From contig JAFDBP010000056.1 of assembly GCA_019313245.1 (NCBI GenBank), forward strand, positions 1-63,461: a stretch of DNA of 63,461 bases, given 5' to 3'. The notes below the pieces were generated by a model. It worked only from the letters and a program-made list of their open reading frames with translations, did no database searches and had not been told where the DNA came from. This DNA is from Deltaproteobacteria bacterium (GTDB taxonomy: Bacteria > Myxococcota_A > UBA9160 > SMWR01). Below are positions 1-9,701 of the stretch, piece after piece. The position numbers were made by a program, and so were the translations under genes. Numbering within the stretch: position 1 is the stretch's first letter; each line of letters opens with the position of its first letter.

Positions 1-1
1 C

Positions 2-1897
2 ATGTCGAACTACACCCCGCTGACCCTCGCCTCTCACATGTTCGATCGAACGCTGTTTGGCGACAATGCGGGCGGATATCACTTGACGAACGCAGTGCTA
101 CACGCCCTCAATTCCGTTCTGCTGTTCTTCACGCTGCTTTCGATGACCGGCGCGCGCTGGCGCAGCGCAACCGTGGCGCTGCTGTTCGCCGTCCACCCGC
201 TGAATGTCGAATCGGTCGCCTGGATCTCCGAGCGCAAAAACGTGCTGAGTACGCTGTTCTGGATTCTCACGCTGTGGGCGTATGCGAGATACGCGAGACG
301 GCCGGGTGTGGCGCGCTACCTGGGCGTCGCGCTGCTGCTCGCATTGGGGCTCCTCGCAAAACCGATGCTCGTAACGCTCCCCCTCGCGCTGCTGCTTCTC
401 GATTACTGGCCGCTCGGTCGCGTCCGCTGGCGAGGATCGACCGCTGAGCGCCAGGCATCCCCCTTTGCAGCGCGATCGATCGGCTTCCTGATCGCCGAGA
501 AGCTGCCGCTGCTGGCGATCTCTGCGGCGGCGAGCGTCGCGACCTACCGCGCCCAGAGCCGCGGATTCGTCGCAACGGAGTCGCTCACCCTGCTCGAACG
601 CCTCGCGAACGCCGCAGTCGCCTACGCGCGCTATCTGGGCAAGCTCGTCTGGCCTTCCGATCTGGCGATGCACTACCCGCACCCCTACCTGCCCGAAATG
701 GGCGGCATTCCGCTCGAAGCCTGGCAGATCGCGGGGTCGCTGTTGCTGCTGCTCGCGTTGACGGTCGCCTCGATCGCAGCGCTGCGCCGGCGCTATCTGG
801 CGGTGGGCTGGCTGTGGTTCCTCGGAACCCTGGTGCCGACGATCGGCGTGGTGCAGGTGGGTCACCAGGCACTCGCCGACCGCTACGCCTACGTGCCCGC
901 GATCGGTCTGTTTCTGGCGCTGTCCTGGGCGGGCGCGGAGGGGATCGCGCGCTTGCGGGCCTGGCGCCCCGCATTGGCGCACTCGCTGCTGGCGGTTGCG
1001 GCTGCGGGCATCGCGGCACTCGCGCTGACTTCGTGGCATCAGGTCGGCTACTGGCGGGATTCGATTTCGCTCTTCGAACGCACCCTCGCGCTGATCCCGA
1101 AGAACCCGAAGGTCAGCTTCAACCTCGCCAACGAATACCGCGCGCGCGGCAACGTGAAAGAGGCGATCCGGCACTACCGAATCGCGCTCGAAACCGACCC
1201 CAATGCACTCCGCACGCTGGTGAATCTGGGGGGCGCGCTGAATTCTGCGGGAGAACACGACGCCGCAATCGAAACCTGCAAAGCGGTCTTGAACCTCCAC
1301 CCCCTGCACGCACACGCCTACAACAACCTCGGAGTCGCTCTGCAGATGAAAGGAGAGTCCGCCTCGGCGCTGGCCAGCTTTCGTCGCGCCATCGAGTTGG
1401 ATTCCCGGCAGGCCGACGCGCATAGCAACCTCGCCAAAGCGCTCAGCTTGCAGGGGAAGCACGAAGAGGCGATCGCGCACTATCGCGAGGCGCTCGAGAG
1501 CCCCGCGCTGGCGGATCCGGCGGGCACTTCACTCGCGCTCGGGAATGCGCTCTTCAATCTCGGCCGGATCGAGGCCGCCGAATCGGCCTACCACGACGCG
1601 ATCGAACGCGACCCCGGCAACCAGCACGCGCAGAGCAACCTCGCTGTGACGCTCGCCCAACGCGGGAAGCTCGACGAGGCGATCGCCCACTTCCGCCTGG
1701 CGATTGCGATTTCTCCAGACTTCGCGGCCGCCCACAACGGTCTTGGAGAATGCCTGCGCGCACAGGGAAAGGTCGAGGCGGCCATCGAGGCCTACGAGAA
1801 TGCGTTGCGCGCAGATCCGGACTTCGCGCCGGCGGCCAGCAATCTCGAGAAGGCGAGAAAGATGCAAAACCCGCCTGGCGCTGCGCGCTCACGCTAG
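2..1897 (+). CDS. TPR-repeat polytopic membrane protein, TMTC/DUF1736-like GT-C-fold (protein O-mannosyltransferase-like); probably 5'-truncated by the window edge
   Basis: Long ORF open from the window start. The N-terminal half is multi-pass membrane with HPLNVESVAWISERKNVLSTLFW-type block. The C-terminal half has multiple TPR units (AIRHYRIALETDPN, AYNNLGVALQMKG, AIAHFRLAIAISPDF, AIEAYENALRADPDF). Confidence 0.8.
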   Translation: MSNYTPLTLASHMFDRTLFGDNAGGYHLTNAVLHALNSVLLFFTLLSMTGARWRSATVALLFAVHPLNVESVAWISERKNVLSTLFWILTLWAYARYARRPGVARYLGVALLLALGLLAKPMLVTLPLALLLLDYWPLGRVRWRGSTAERQASPFAARSIGFLIAEKLPLLAISAAASVATYRAQSRGFVATESLTLLERLANAAVAYARYLGKLVWPSDLAMHYPHPYLPEMGGIPLEAWQIAGSLLLLLALTVASIAALRRRYLAVGWLWFLGTLVPTIGVVQVGHQALADRYAYVPAIGLFLALSWAGAEGIARLRAWRPALAHSLLAVAAAGIAALALTSWHQVGYWRDSISLFERTLALIPKNPKVSFNLANEYRARGNVKEAIRHYRIALETDPNALRTLVNLGGALNSAGEHDAAIETCKAVLNLHPLHAHAYNNLGVALQMKGESASALASFRRAIELDSRQADAHSNLAKALSLQGKHEEAIAHYREALESPALADPAGTSLALGNALFNLGRIEAAESAYHDAIERDPGNQHAQSNLAVTLAQRGKLDEAIAHFRLAIAISPDFAAAHNGLGECLRAQGKVEAAIEAYENALRADPDFAPAASNLEKARKMQNPPGAARSR

Positions 1898-1940
1898 ATC
1901 GGGATCTGACCCGAATGACCCGGCCTTGGAGGAGTCGACC

Positions 1941-2567
1941 ATGCGCGATCCAGCGCGATTCTGGAACCGAATCGCCAAGAGCTACGACAAGCAGAGCAAA
2001 AGGAAACGAGAGAACCTGCTCCGAACCATCGAGAAGATCAGGTGCCACCTCGATCCCACGGATCGTGTATTGGACTTTGCCTGTGGCACCGGCGAAAAGG
2101 CGCTCGGCGTTTCAGACTACGTACAATCCATACACGGCATCGATCTCTCGCCAAGAATGATCGAGATCGCCTCCGCAAAAGTGACGGATCGGAAGGTCGA
2201 CAACGCGCGTTTTACTCGAACGGATCTTTTCGACGCGGCGCTGGAGCCGGAATCTTACGATGCGATCATGGCTTTTTACGTCTTTCATCTTCTGGACGAC
2301 TCCGCTCGGATGTTCGAGCGAATCTGCGAACTACTCAAACCGGATGGCCGATTGATCTGCGAGACGCCGTGTCTGGGTGAGTCCGGCAGCGCGATCCGTT
2401 GGTTGATCGCCCTTGCGGGGAAAACGAGATTGTTGCCGACAGTTCGTTGCTTCGAGATCGCCGAACTCGAAGCTTCGATCACCAGCACATCGTCGCTGCG
2501 GCTGGTGGAATCGGAATCCGACGCTGAAAACCGGAACCATCTGTTCATCGTGGCAAAAAAAATCTAG
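1941..2567 (+). CDS. class I SAM-dependent methyltransferase
   Basis: ATG at 1941 preceded by GGAG. SAM motif I is VLDFACGTGE, followed by acidic-loop IHGIDLSPRMIE and LKPDGRLI. The upstream part of track ORF 1704..2567 overlaps the previous gene and looks non-coding. Confidence 0.85.
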   Translation: MRDPARFWNRIAKSYDKQSKRKRENLLRTIEKIRCHLDPTDRVLDFACGTGEKALGVSDYVQSIHGIDLSPRMIEIASAKVTDRKVDNARFTRTDLFDAALEPESYDAIMAFYVFHLLDDSARMFERICELLKPDGRLICETPCLGESGSAIRWLIALAGKTRLLPTVRCFEIAELEASITSTSSLRLVESESDAENRNHLFIVAKKI

Positions 2568-2599
2568 ATGGCCCGCGCCATTCGAGATGTCGTGGCGCA

Positions 2600-4270
2600 T
2601 CACTCCGCGTTGGATCGTCGTCTGCGTTGTGCGACATACAAGACCAACCAGAGGCTGACGCCCAGGCCGGAAAGCGCGAGCCCGATCCGGCGCGAGCGCG
2701 GCGGACGGTGAGCGAGCTCGAAGACTCCGCCGGGCGCCGGTATCCGCACGTCGATACCACCCGTGCGATTGGGTTCCAGCGGGATCGGAACTCCGTCGAG
2801 TTCGGCCTGCCAACCCGGAAAATGCCAACGCGCGAGGCGAAGCCGCGTGCCCGTCGGCGCATCGATGCGCAATGAGATTCGCGAGCCCTTTTCCACGAGC
2901 AGCTCGAACTGCGCCTCCGGCCGGGTGAGGAGCACGCTTCGCCCACCTGCGATCGCCTCCCGCCTCCAGACCGCCGGCTTTGCGCCCCGCGGCAGGTACT
3001 CGTCGAGAACACTCACGTTGAGCGCGCCCTTGCGCAGCTTGTCGGGCTGAGTCGCCTTCTCGATGGTCTTGCTGTGCAGTGCGGAAAGCGGTTCGTAGTC
3101 GGCCAGATGCGGCCAGGCGTTGGCGACGCAGAGCGCGAAGACCGCCACTTCGATGCCCGTGCGAACCCGAGGGGAATACCGCGCGAGCAGCGGAGTCGCT
3201 GCGACTCCCGCCGCGACCGCGGTGACGAGCGCGAGCGGTCCCATGAAGCGCCACGGGAACTGCATCAAGCGCAGCCAGGGCACGCTTTCCCAGATTGGCG
3301 TCGACACGCGAAATTGCAGGCCAATGAAGATCAGCGCCGCAGCCAGCAGGCCAAACAGGAATCGCCTTCCTGCAAACACCTCTCCGAAGCGCCGAACCGC
3401 CACCCACGCCGCCAGAAGGAGTGTAACGGGAGCCAACGCGCCAGAACTGAAGGCGTGCGCATAACCGAAGAACTCGCCAAAGGGCTTCCACTGGTTGTGG
3501 AAATCGAACTTTCCGAGCGTCAATTCTTCGATCCGGATCGCGTCGCGAAGCGCCAGGGCGGGCAGCCAGAAAAACGCTGCGATCAGCAGACCCAGCGCGA
3601 CGCCCGACGCCAGCGCCAGGTGGATGCGCGCGGCCCCGCGCCAACCGTAGAGCCAGAGCGCTCCACCCAATAGCAGCGCGAGGCAGGTCAGCGCGGTCAG
3701 GTTGTGACTGAGGATCGATGCCGCGAGCGCGCCCGCGACGACGAAAGCGCCCCGGTGCGGCTGGCGCCCGAGCCGCAGCAGCCCCAGCAGTGCGAACGGC
3801 AGCAGGCACAGAGCCGCGAACTCCGCGTTCGCATTGCGGATCAGTTTGTCGCCGATCAGGTACGGGTGGAGCGCAAAGACGGTCGCCGCAATGCGGCCAC
3901 CTCGTGGATCCGCGCCCGGGGTGACATCGAAGAGCCGCCGCACCGCAAAGACGCCGACGAACGAAAACAGAACGACGACCGCCGACGCACCCACCGCGGC
4001 CGAACCGAATACGTCGGTCGCCCCGCTCGCCAATGCCGCGAAGGCCGGCGCGTAGAACAGGAAGACCGGCGAGCCATATCCTCCGTAGAGGTTGGGAGCC
4101 CAGTGCGGCGGCAATTGACCTTCAGCCAGCGCGTGAGAATACTCGGCCACGCGCGCGAGTTCGAACGTCCAATCGTGCCCTTGCGGAAAGCCAGCGACGA
4201 TCAGCGGAGCGCACGAGATCAGCACCGCGAGATAGGGAATGGCCTCGAGCCAGCTGTATTTTCGCGTCAT
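2600..4270 (-). CDS. large polytopic membrane protein, GT-C-like (PTPS-related / YfhO-like putative glycosyltransferase)
   Basis: 556-aa ORF from MTRKYSWLE with more than 10 predicted TM segments. Contains the motif PPHWAPNLYGGYGSPVFLFYAP, typical of PTPS-related membrane proteins. The C-terminal region is a soluble beta-rich domain with a final TM. Alternative upstream ATG at 4342. Confidence 0.7.
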   Translation of the reverse strand: MTRKYSWLEAIPYLAVLISCAPLIVAGFPQGHDWTFELARVAEYSHALAEGQLPPHWAPNLYGGYGSPVFLFYAPAFAALASGATDVFGSAAVGASAVVVLFSFVGVFAVRRLFDVTPGADPRGGRIAATVFALHPYLIGDKLIRNANAEFAALCLLPFALLGLLRLGRQPHRGAFVVAGALAASILSHNLTALTCLALLLGGALWLYGWRGAARIHLALASGVALGLLIAAFFWLPALALRDAIRIEELTLGKFDFHNQWKPFGEFFGYAHAFSSGALAPVTLLLAAWVAVRRFGEVFAGRRFLFGLLAAALIFIGLQFRVSTPIWESVPWLRLMQFPWRFMGPLALVTAVAAGVAATPLLARYSPRVRTGIEVAVFALCVANAWPHLADYEPLSALHSKTIEKATQPDKLRKGALNVSVLDEYLPRGAKPAVWRREAIAGGRSVLLTRPEAQFELLVEKGSRISLRIDAPTGTRLRLARWHFPGWQAELDGVPIPLEPNRTGGIDVRIPAPGGVFELAHRPPRSRRIGLALSGLGVSLWLVLYVAQRRRRSNAE

Positions 4271-4463
4271 CGCCCACCCGATCCCGACAATGCTACCAGT
4301 AGCGCGACGAGCCACCACCTGGGCTCGACAGCGCAAATTCAAGCGCGGAGCCGGGATCCCCTATACACAGGAATACCTCAAGAACCATTCTCTGCGCGCC
4401 GATCAGCGCCCTGAAACTGCTGCTCCGACTCCAGTCGCGAAAGAAACATCTCAAGAGAGTGGA

Positions 4464-5204
4464 ATGGATTCCAGCGTCTACTTCTCCAGCTTGATCGCAG
4501 CCGCAGTCTATCTGGCGGTGGGCATCCGCCTGTTCACGTTGAGTCGACGCACGCAGGGGCGCCCGGAATACCTCCTCGCACTGGCCTACATCTGCACTGG
4601 CGTTTCGTATTCCCTCTACGAACTCCCCCTTCTCTTCGGAATGAACCAGAGCTGGATTCAGATCCTGCCTCGGATCGTCTACAGCATCGGGGTGATCCCG
4701 CTCCTGCTCTTTACGCGCGATGTGTTTCGTAGCGATTCTCGCTGGGCCAATGCACTCGTCTGGGCAATTGCCCTGAGCCTGTTTGCCGGCGTCTTCTTTT
4801 CGATGCTCAACGGCGACATCGAAGGACTGAGGGTCGGCAGTGTCTGGTTCTGGTGTGATTGGGTCGGCTACACGGCTCCCTACATCTGGATCACCGCAGA
4901 AGCCCTGATCGCATACCGCTCGGCGCGCAAGCGGCTGAGAATGGGTTTTTGCGAACCCGACGTGGTCAATCGGTTCATGCTCTGGGCGCTCTTCGGATTT
5001 CTCGGATCGCTCGCGAGCATTTTAATCGTTCCCCTCTATCTCGAATTTGCCGCCACACAGGTCTGGCCGAGCTGGGGCGACTACTTCGCGGGCGGGTTCG
5101 AGGCGGCGGCGACCGCCGTGCTCTGGTTCGTCTTCTTTCCGCCCGCCTTCTATCAGCGCTGGGTCAACCGCGGGGCAGCCGCTCCGGCAGATCCCGCACA
5201 CTGA
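4464..5204 (+). CDS. 7-TM membrane protein of unknown function (paralog of 29442..30200)
   Basis: ATG at 4464 (MDSSVYFSS). Seven hydrophobic segments. Shared blocks with the second copy: VFRSDSRW, FWCDWVGYTAPYIW, EPDVVNRFMLW, FFPPAFYQRWVN. Confidence 0.7.
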   Translation: MDSSVYFSSLIAAAVYLAVGIRLFTLSRRTQGRPEYLLALAYICTGVSYSLYELPLLFGMNQSWIQILPRIVYSIGVIPLLLFTRDVFRSDSRWANALVWAIALSLFAGVFFSMLNGDIEGLRVGSVWFWCDWVGYTAPYIWITAEALIAYRSARKRLRMGFCEPDVVNRFMLWALFGFLGSLASILIVPLYLEFAATQVWPSWGDYFAGGFEAAATAVLWFVFFPPAFYQRWVNRGAAAPADPAH

Positions 5205-5260
5205 CGAACTCGGAAGCCTACATCCGACCGAAGAATTGTGTTAGAAATTCGGGCATCGAG

Positions 5261-5707
5261 ATGCCGGTGCACCGCCTTCTCACACTCTGCTGCTCCGCAA
5301 TGCTCGCGGCGGCCTGTTCCGACGAGGCGCCCGGGCCCTGGAGCGTGCGGGAAATGGATGCGCTGACGGAACAATTCGCCCACATCGCCGAGGCCTACGC
5401 GGTCGTCGACGTCTGCATCCCCATGATCGAGGCGGACGTGGACGCAAAGCGGGGCGTCATCTCCAAAATCGAAGTGCGCCACTACTCGCGGCTCGCCCAG
5501 ATGGACACGGAGGCCGAACTCGCGAAATTCATCGCCCACCACAGGGAGAGCGGCGGCACCGACGAGCAGGCTGCGGCGCTCGAGCAAAGCTATCGCGAAT
5601 CCCATCGGGCGGCCGCGCAGCTGCTGACATCGATCGACAACTGCGTCGAGACCGTTACCGACTACGCGAATACGATCCTCAACACGAAGGTCTCACGCGC
5701 ACCCTGA
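5261..5707 (+). CDS. putative lipoprotein, unknown function
   Basis: ATG at 5261. Signal peptide with lipobox-like MLAAAC (MPVHRLLTLCCSAMLAAACSDE), followed by a hydrophilic helical body. Confidence 0.6.
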   Translation: MPVHRLLTLCCSAMLAAACSDEAPGPWSVREMDALTEQFAHIAEAYAVVDVCIPMIEADVDAKRGVISKIEVRHYSRLAQMDTEAELAKFIAHHRESGGTDEQAAALEQSYRESHRAAAQLLTSIDNCVETVTDYANTILNTKVSRAP

Positions 5708-5731
5708 ACGCCCACTGGGAGGCGGGTGCCG

Positions 5732-6466
5732 CTAGCGGCCGGAAGCCGCGGGCTCGTCTAGCGAGAGATCCACGACGAGACCGGAGTGATCCGAGCCCCG
5801 GATCGCGACGACCTGGAAGTCGTCGACCCGAAGACCGCTGCCGAAGCAGTGATCGATTCGGAGCAGTGGCGGCCCGTCGACCCAGCGCGCCCAGGTTCTC
5901 GCGGGCCTCGCACCGCGGCTGCGCGCATGGCTCAGTGCCAGATCCTCGAGCCGCGCCGCAACCACGCGGTAGAGGGGCCAGGAGGGTGTGGCATTGAAGT
6001 CGCCCAGCACCGCGCGAGTGCGCCCCGGCGTCGCGTCGAGGTATTCGACGAGGCCACGGCATTGTTTTCTCCGGTGACGGAACCGGGCCCACGCCTGCGC
6101 GCCGAACGCGGGCGAAGCCATGTGGACGTTGACGATCTCGAGACCGCCCGCCAGCGCCGGCCAGTGCGCGGAGTCGAGGCGCGCGATCCGCGCGTCGCGA
6201 TAGGCGAGCGGCACGCGATCGAAGTCTGCGGGATGGCGCAGTGCGATCCCCATGCCGGTGAAGTCGCGCGCGGGCTCGAAGCGCCCGTGCGGCAACACGT
6301 CGCCCAGCGCGCGGGCCTGCTCGGGCGCGAGTTCCTGCGCGACCACGACGTCGGCGCCGCTGCGCCGAACCAGATCCGCGAAAGCCGCTGGATCGGCTCG
6401 GCCATTCATCAGATTTCCCGAAAAAACGCGAAGCTGGGATCCCACCTGACCTCCAACCCGGACCAA
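5732..6466 (-). CDS. endonuclease/exonuclease/phosphatase (EEP) family protein
   Basis: 244-aa ORF with EEP-type blocks: DVVVAQEL, NVHMASP, LGDFNATPSWPLY and the terminal RIDHCF...SDHSGLVVDL. Confidence 0.8.
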   Translation of the reverse strand: MVRVGGQVGSQLRVFSGNLMNGRADPAAFADLVRRSGADVVVAQELAPEQARALGDVLPHGRFEPARDFTGMGIALRHPADFDRVPLAYRDARIARLDSAHWPALAGGLEIVNVHMASPAFGAQAWARFRHRRKQCRGLVEYLDATPGRTRAVLGDFNATPSWPLYRVVAARLEDLALSHARSRGARPARTWARWVDGPPLLRIDHCFGSGLRVDDFQVVAIRGSDHSGLVVDLSLDEPAASGR

Positions 6467-6639
6467 CGCTTCTCTCGGCCGGTTCGCAGCGGGATCTGAG
6501 CGAAAAGCGCGACGGAGTAGCTACCGCCGATCTCTAACCGCACGACGAACATCGCGTTGCCGCTCGCGGACGCAGCGGGCTCAGGCGCCGCTCGGGTCAG
6601 CGCGAGTTGCTGGATACGGAAACTTCGACCAGCGGCCGT

Positions 6640-7938
6640 CTAGACTGACCGGAAGGGATCGATCCGGGCGATGGTTTCATCGCGACCCGGCCCGACGGAG
6701 ATGATCTCGACCGGAACCCCCACGAGAGCCTCGACGCGCTCCACGTAGCTTCGCGCGGCGCTCGGGAGATCTTCGTAGCGGCGACATCCCGTGATGTCCT
6801 CGCCCCATCCGGGCAGGGTCTCGTAGACGGGCTCGGCCCGCTCCAATTCCGCGAGCGTCATCGGAAAGTCGTTCTTCAACTTGCCGTCGACGCGATACGC
6901 AGTGGCAATCCGAAGTTCACCGAGCCCGGAGAGCACGTCCAGCTTGTTCATCGCGAGCGCGGTGAGCCCATTTACCGTGGCGGACTCGCGCAACATCACG
7001 ATGTCGAGGCATCCACAGCGCCGCGGCCTGCCCGTCGTGGCTCCAAACTCCGCACCGGCCTCCCGCAGCCGGGCGCCGAAATCGCCGGTCTCCTCGGTCG
7101 GGAAGGGACCGCCGCCGACGCGCGTCGTGTACGCCTTGGTGATCCCCAGAACCCGATCGATGCGCGTCGGGCCGACACCCGCACCGGTGCAAACCGCGCC
7201 CGCGACACAATTCGACGAGGTCACGTAGGGATAGGTGCCGTGGTCGACGTCGAGGAAGGTTCCCTGCGCACCCTCGAAGAGAACGCTCTTTCCCGCGCTC
7301 AATGCCTCTTCGAGCGTGTGAACGGTGTTGTCCACGTAGGGCCCGAGTTGCCGCCCCCACTCGACTGCCTGCTCGTACAGCGCGTCGACATCGATCGGTT
7401 CCCACTTGTAGTACTCGACGAGTTCGAAGTTCTTCTGCTTCGCGATGCGCGCCAGCAGATCGCGGAGTCCCTCCGGGTCGAGAAGGTCTGCAACGCGAAT
7501 GCCGCGGCGCGTGACCTTGTCCTCATAGGCGGGACCGATCCCGCGTCCGGTCGTCCCGATCGCGAGTTCACCCGCCGCCTCTTCCCGCGCCTTGTCGAGT
7601 GTCGTGTGCCAGGGAAGGATGACGTGCGCCCGGCCCGAGAGGCGAACCCGCGACGGGTCGCGCAGCAGGCCGCGCTCCTTGAGCGCCTCCAACTCCTTCA
7701 GCAGGCCATCCGGATTGACGACCACCCCGGGGCCGATCAGGTTGACGGTCGAGGGATTGAGCACACCCGCCGGAACCACGTGGAGCACGGTCTTGACGCC
7801 GTCGACCACGAGCGTGTGTCCGGCATTGTTGCCGCCGTGATAGCGCACCACGAGCTGCGCGTGGGGAGCCAGCCAATCGACGACCTTTCCCTTGCCCTCG
7901 TCGCCCCACTGGGCGCCTACCGCGACCAGCGCCGTCAC
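6640..7938 (-). CDS. purA: adenylosuccinate synthase
   Basis: N-terminal P-loop VGAQWGDEGKGKVVD, then GHT, TTGRGIGPAYEDK and GATTGRPRRCGWLD-like (GATTGRPRRCGCLD). GTG start overlaps the serA stop (GTGA). Confidence 0.96.
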   Translation of the reverse strand: MTALVAVGAQWGDEGKGKVVDWLAPHAQLVVRYHGGNNAGHTLVVDGVKTVLHVVPAGVLNPSTVNLIGPGVVVNPDGLLKELEALKERGLLRDPSRVRLSGRAHVILPWHTTLDKAREEAAGELAIGTTGRGIGPAYEDKVTRRGIRVADLLDPEGLRDLLARIAKQKNFELVEYYKWEPIDVDALYEQAVEWGRQLGPYVDNTVHTLEEALSAGKSVLFEGAQGTFLDVDHGTYPYVTSSNCVAGAVCTGAGVGPTRIDRVLGITKAYTTRVGGGPFPTEETGDFGARLREAGAEFGATTGRPRRCGCLDIVMLRESATVNGLTALAMNKLDVLSGLGELRIATAYRVDGKLKNDFPMTLAELERAEPVYETLPGWGEDITGCRRYEDLPSAARSYVERVEALVGVPVEIISVGPGRDETIARIDPFRSV

Positions 7939-9521
7939 GACCCCAGCTCCACGAGTTGTGCGGAAATCACATGGGGCAAACTACGCAACTGTTTCATCAC
8001 TGCCTCCTCGGGCGCTCGATCGATATTGACGAGCATCGCAGCAAGGGAGCGCTCGGGTATCAGCGCCAGCTGCATGCGAGAAATGTTGATGCCGCCCTGC
8101 CCCAGCACCGTGCCGACGCTACCCACGACGCCGGGCTGGTCGTGGTTCTGGATGAGGAGTGTCGAACCCTTGGGAACCGCCTCCAACATGAAGTCGTCGA
8201 TCCGGACGATGCGCGGCTGGTTTCCGTGAAACACCGCCCCGACGATATAGCGATTCGCACAACCCACGACGCGCGTGGAAATCGCACTTGCGAAGTCGCG
8301 CGATCGGCTGACCTTCGACTCGACCACCTCAATACCGTGCTCTTTTGCGATCAGTGGAGCATTGACGAGGTTCACCTCATCCGTCACCGACTCCAGCATT
8401 CCCTTCAAGATCGACACCGTGATCGGAGCGACCTCGAGCCCCGAGGCATCGCCCGAATACTCGATCTCGACCCGATCGATCGCGCCCGGGCAGAGCTGCC
8501 CCTGAAAACGACCCAGCTTTTCGCCGAGTTCGCAATAGGGGCGAATCTGCTCGTAGAGCTCTTTCGAAATCGAAGGCACGTTGAGCGCGTTTCCGATGAC
8601 TCCGTCTACGAGGTAATCGCGGACCTGCTCGGCCACCGCGATCGCGACGTTTATCTGGGCTTGCTCCGTTGACGCGCCGAGGTGCGGCGTGCAGATGACG
8701 TGTTCGTGTTGTACCAGCGGATCGTCGGGGCTCGGCGGCTCTTTTGCAAAGACGTCCATCGCAGCTCCGCCGACTCGGCCAGATTCCAACGCGCGCAGCA
8801 GTGCGGCTTCGTCGACGATTCCACCCCGCGCCGCGTTGATGATCAGCACGCCCGGCCGCATCTTCTCGAAGGTCTCGTCGTTCAAGAGGCCGGTAGTCTC
8901 CGGAGTGCGCGGAACGTGAATCGAGATCGCATCTGCGCGCGTCAGCATTTCGTCGAACGAAACGAGTTCCACCTCCGCTCGGGCCTTTGCCGGCCCGGAC
9001 AGAAACGGGTCGTAGGCGATCACCTTCATCCCGAAGGCCTTGGCGCGTCTCGCGACGATGCGGCCGATGTTTCCGAGGCCGACGACCGCGAAGGTCCGGT
9101 TGTAGAGTTCCATCCCGGTGAAGCGCGACTTCTCCCACTTCCCGGATTTCATCGATGCGGTCGCCTGCGGAATGTGGCGTGCAAGTGAAATCAAGAGCGC
9201 AAACGCGTGCTCGGCCGTGGTGATGTTGTTACCGCTCGGCGTGTTCATCACCGCGATGCCGCGCGCAGTGGCGGCCGGCACGTCGACGTTGTCGACGCCG
9301 ATCCCCGCCCGACCGATGGCCTTGAGCTTGTCTGCGGCCGCAATGACTTCGGCGGTCACCTGCGTGCCGCTGCGAATCACGAGGCCGTCCACATCGGCCA
9401 CCGCCGCGAGAAGATCGTCGCCCTTCAGGCCCGGCTCGTAGACCACGGTGAGGCCCGGCGCCTGTTCGAGAATTTCGAGACCTTGTGGATCCAGCTTGTC
9501 GCTCACCAATACTTTTGCCAC
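7935..9521 (-). CDS. serA: D-3-phosphoglycerate dehydrogenase (long form with ACT domain)
   Basis: 528 aa starting (V)AKVLVSDKL. NAD-binding motif GLGNIGRIVARRAKAFGM, catalytic HLGASTEEAQ-like block (HLGASTEQAQ), and a C-terminal ASB/ACT region. Confidence 0.95.
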   Translation of the reverse strand: MAKVLVSDKLDPQGLEILEQAPGLTVVYEPGLKGDDLLAAVADVDGLVIRSGTQVTAEVIAAADKLKAIGRAGIGVDNVDVPAATARGIAVMNTPSGNNITTAEHAFALLISLARHIPQATASMKSGKWEKSRFTGMELYNRTFAVVGLGNIGRIVARRAKAFGMKVIAYDPFLSGPAKARAEVELVSFDEMLTRADAISIHVPRTPETTGLLNDETFEKMRPGVLIINAARGGIVDEAALLRALESGRVGGAAMDVFAKEPPSPDDPLVQHEHVICTPHLGASTEQAQINVAIAVAEQVRDYLVDGVIGNALNVPSISKELYEQIRPYCELGEKLGRFQGQLCPGAIDRVEIEYSGDASGLEVAPITVSILKGMLESVTDEVNLVNAPLIAKEHGIEVVESKVSRSRDFASAISTRVVGCANRYIVGAVFHGNQPRIVRIDDFMLEAVPKGSTLLIQNHDQPGVVGSVGTVLGQGGINISRMQLALIPERSLAAMLVNIDRAPEEAVMKQLRSLPHVISAQLVELGS

Positions 9522-9701
9522 GGCTCATCTCTCCCGGGTGCCCGGGCAAACGCGGTCCGGCACCCGCTTGGGGTTCGCTCACCAGAACTTCAGACCAACT
9601 CCCCGCGGCACCTAAGCCCGTGGTTTCATTGGGAAAAGAGGCAAGAAGCAGAATTGTGCCCAAGCCTCGGTGGGGTGTCAACGCCGGGCCGTTCCCGCGG
9701 T

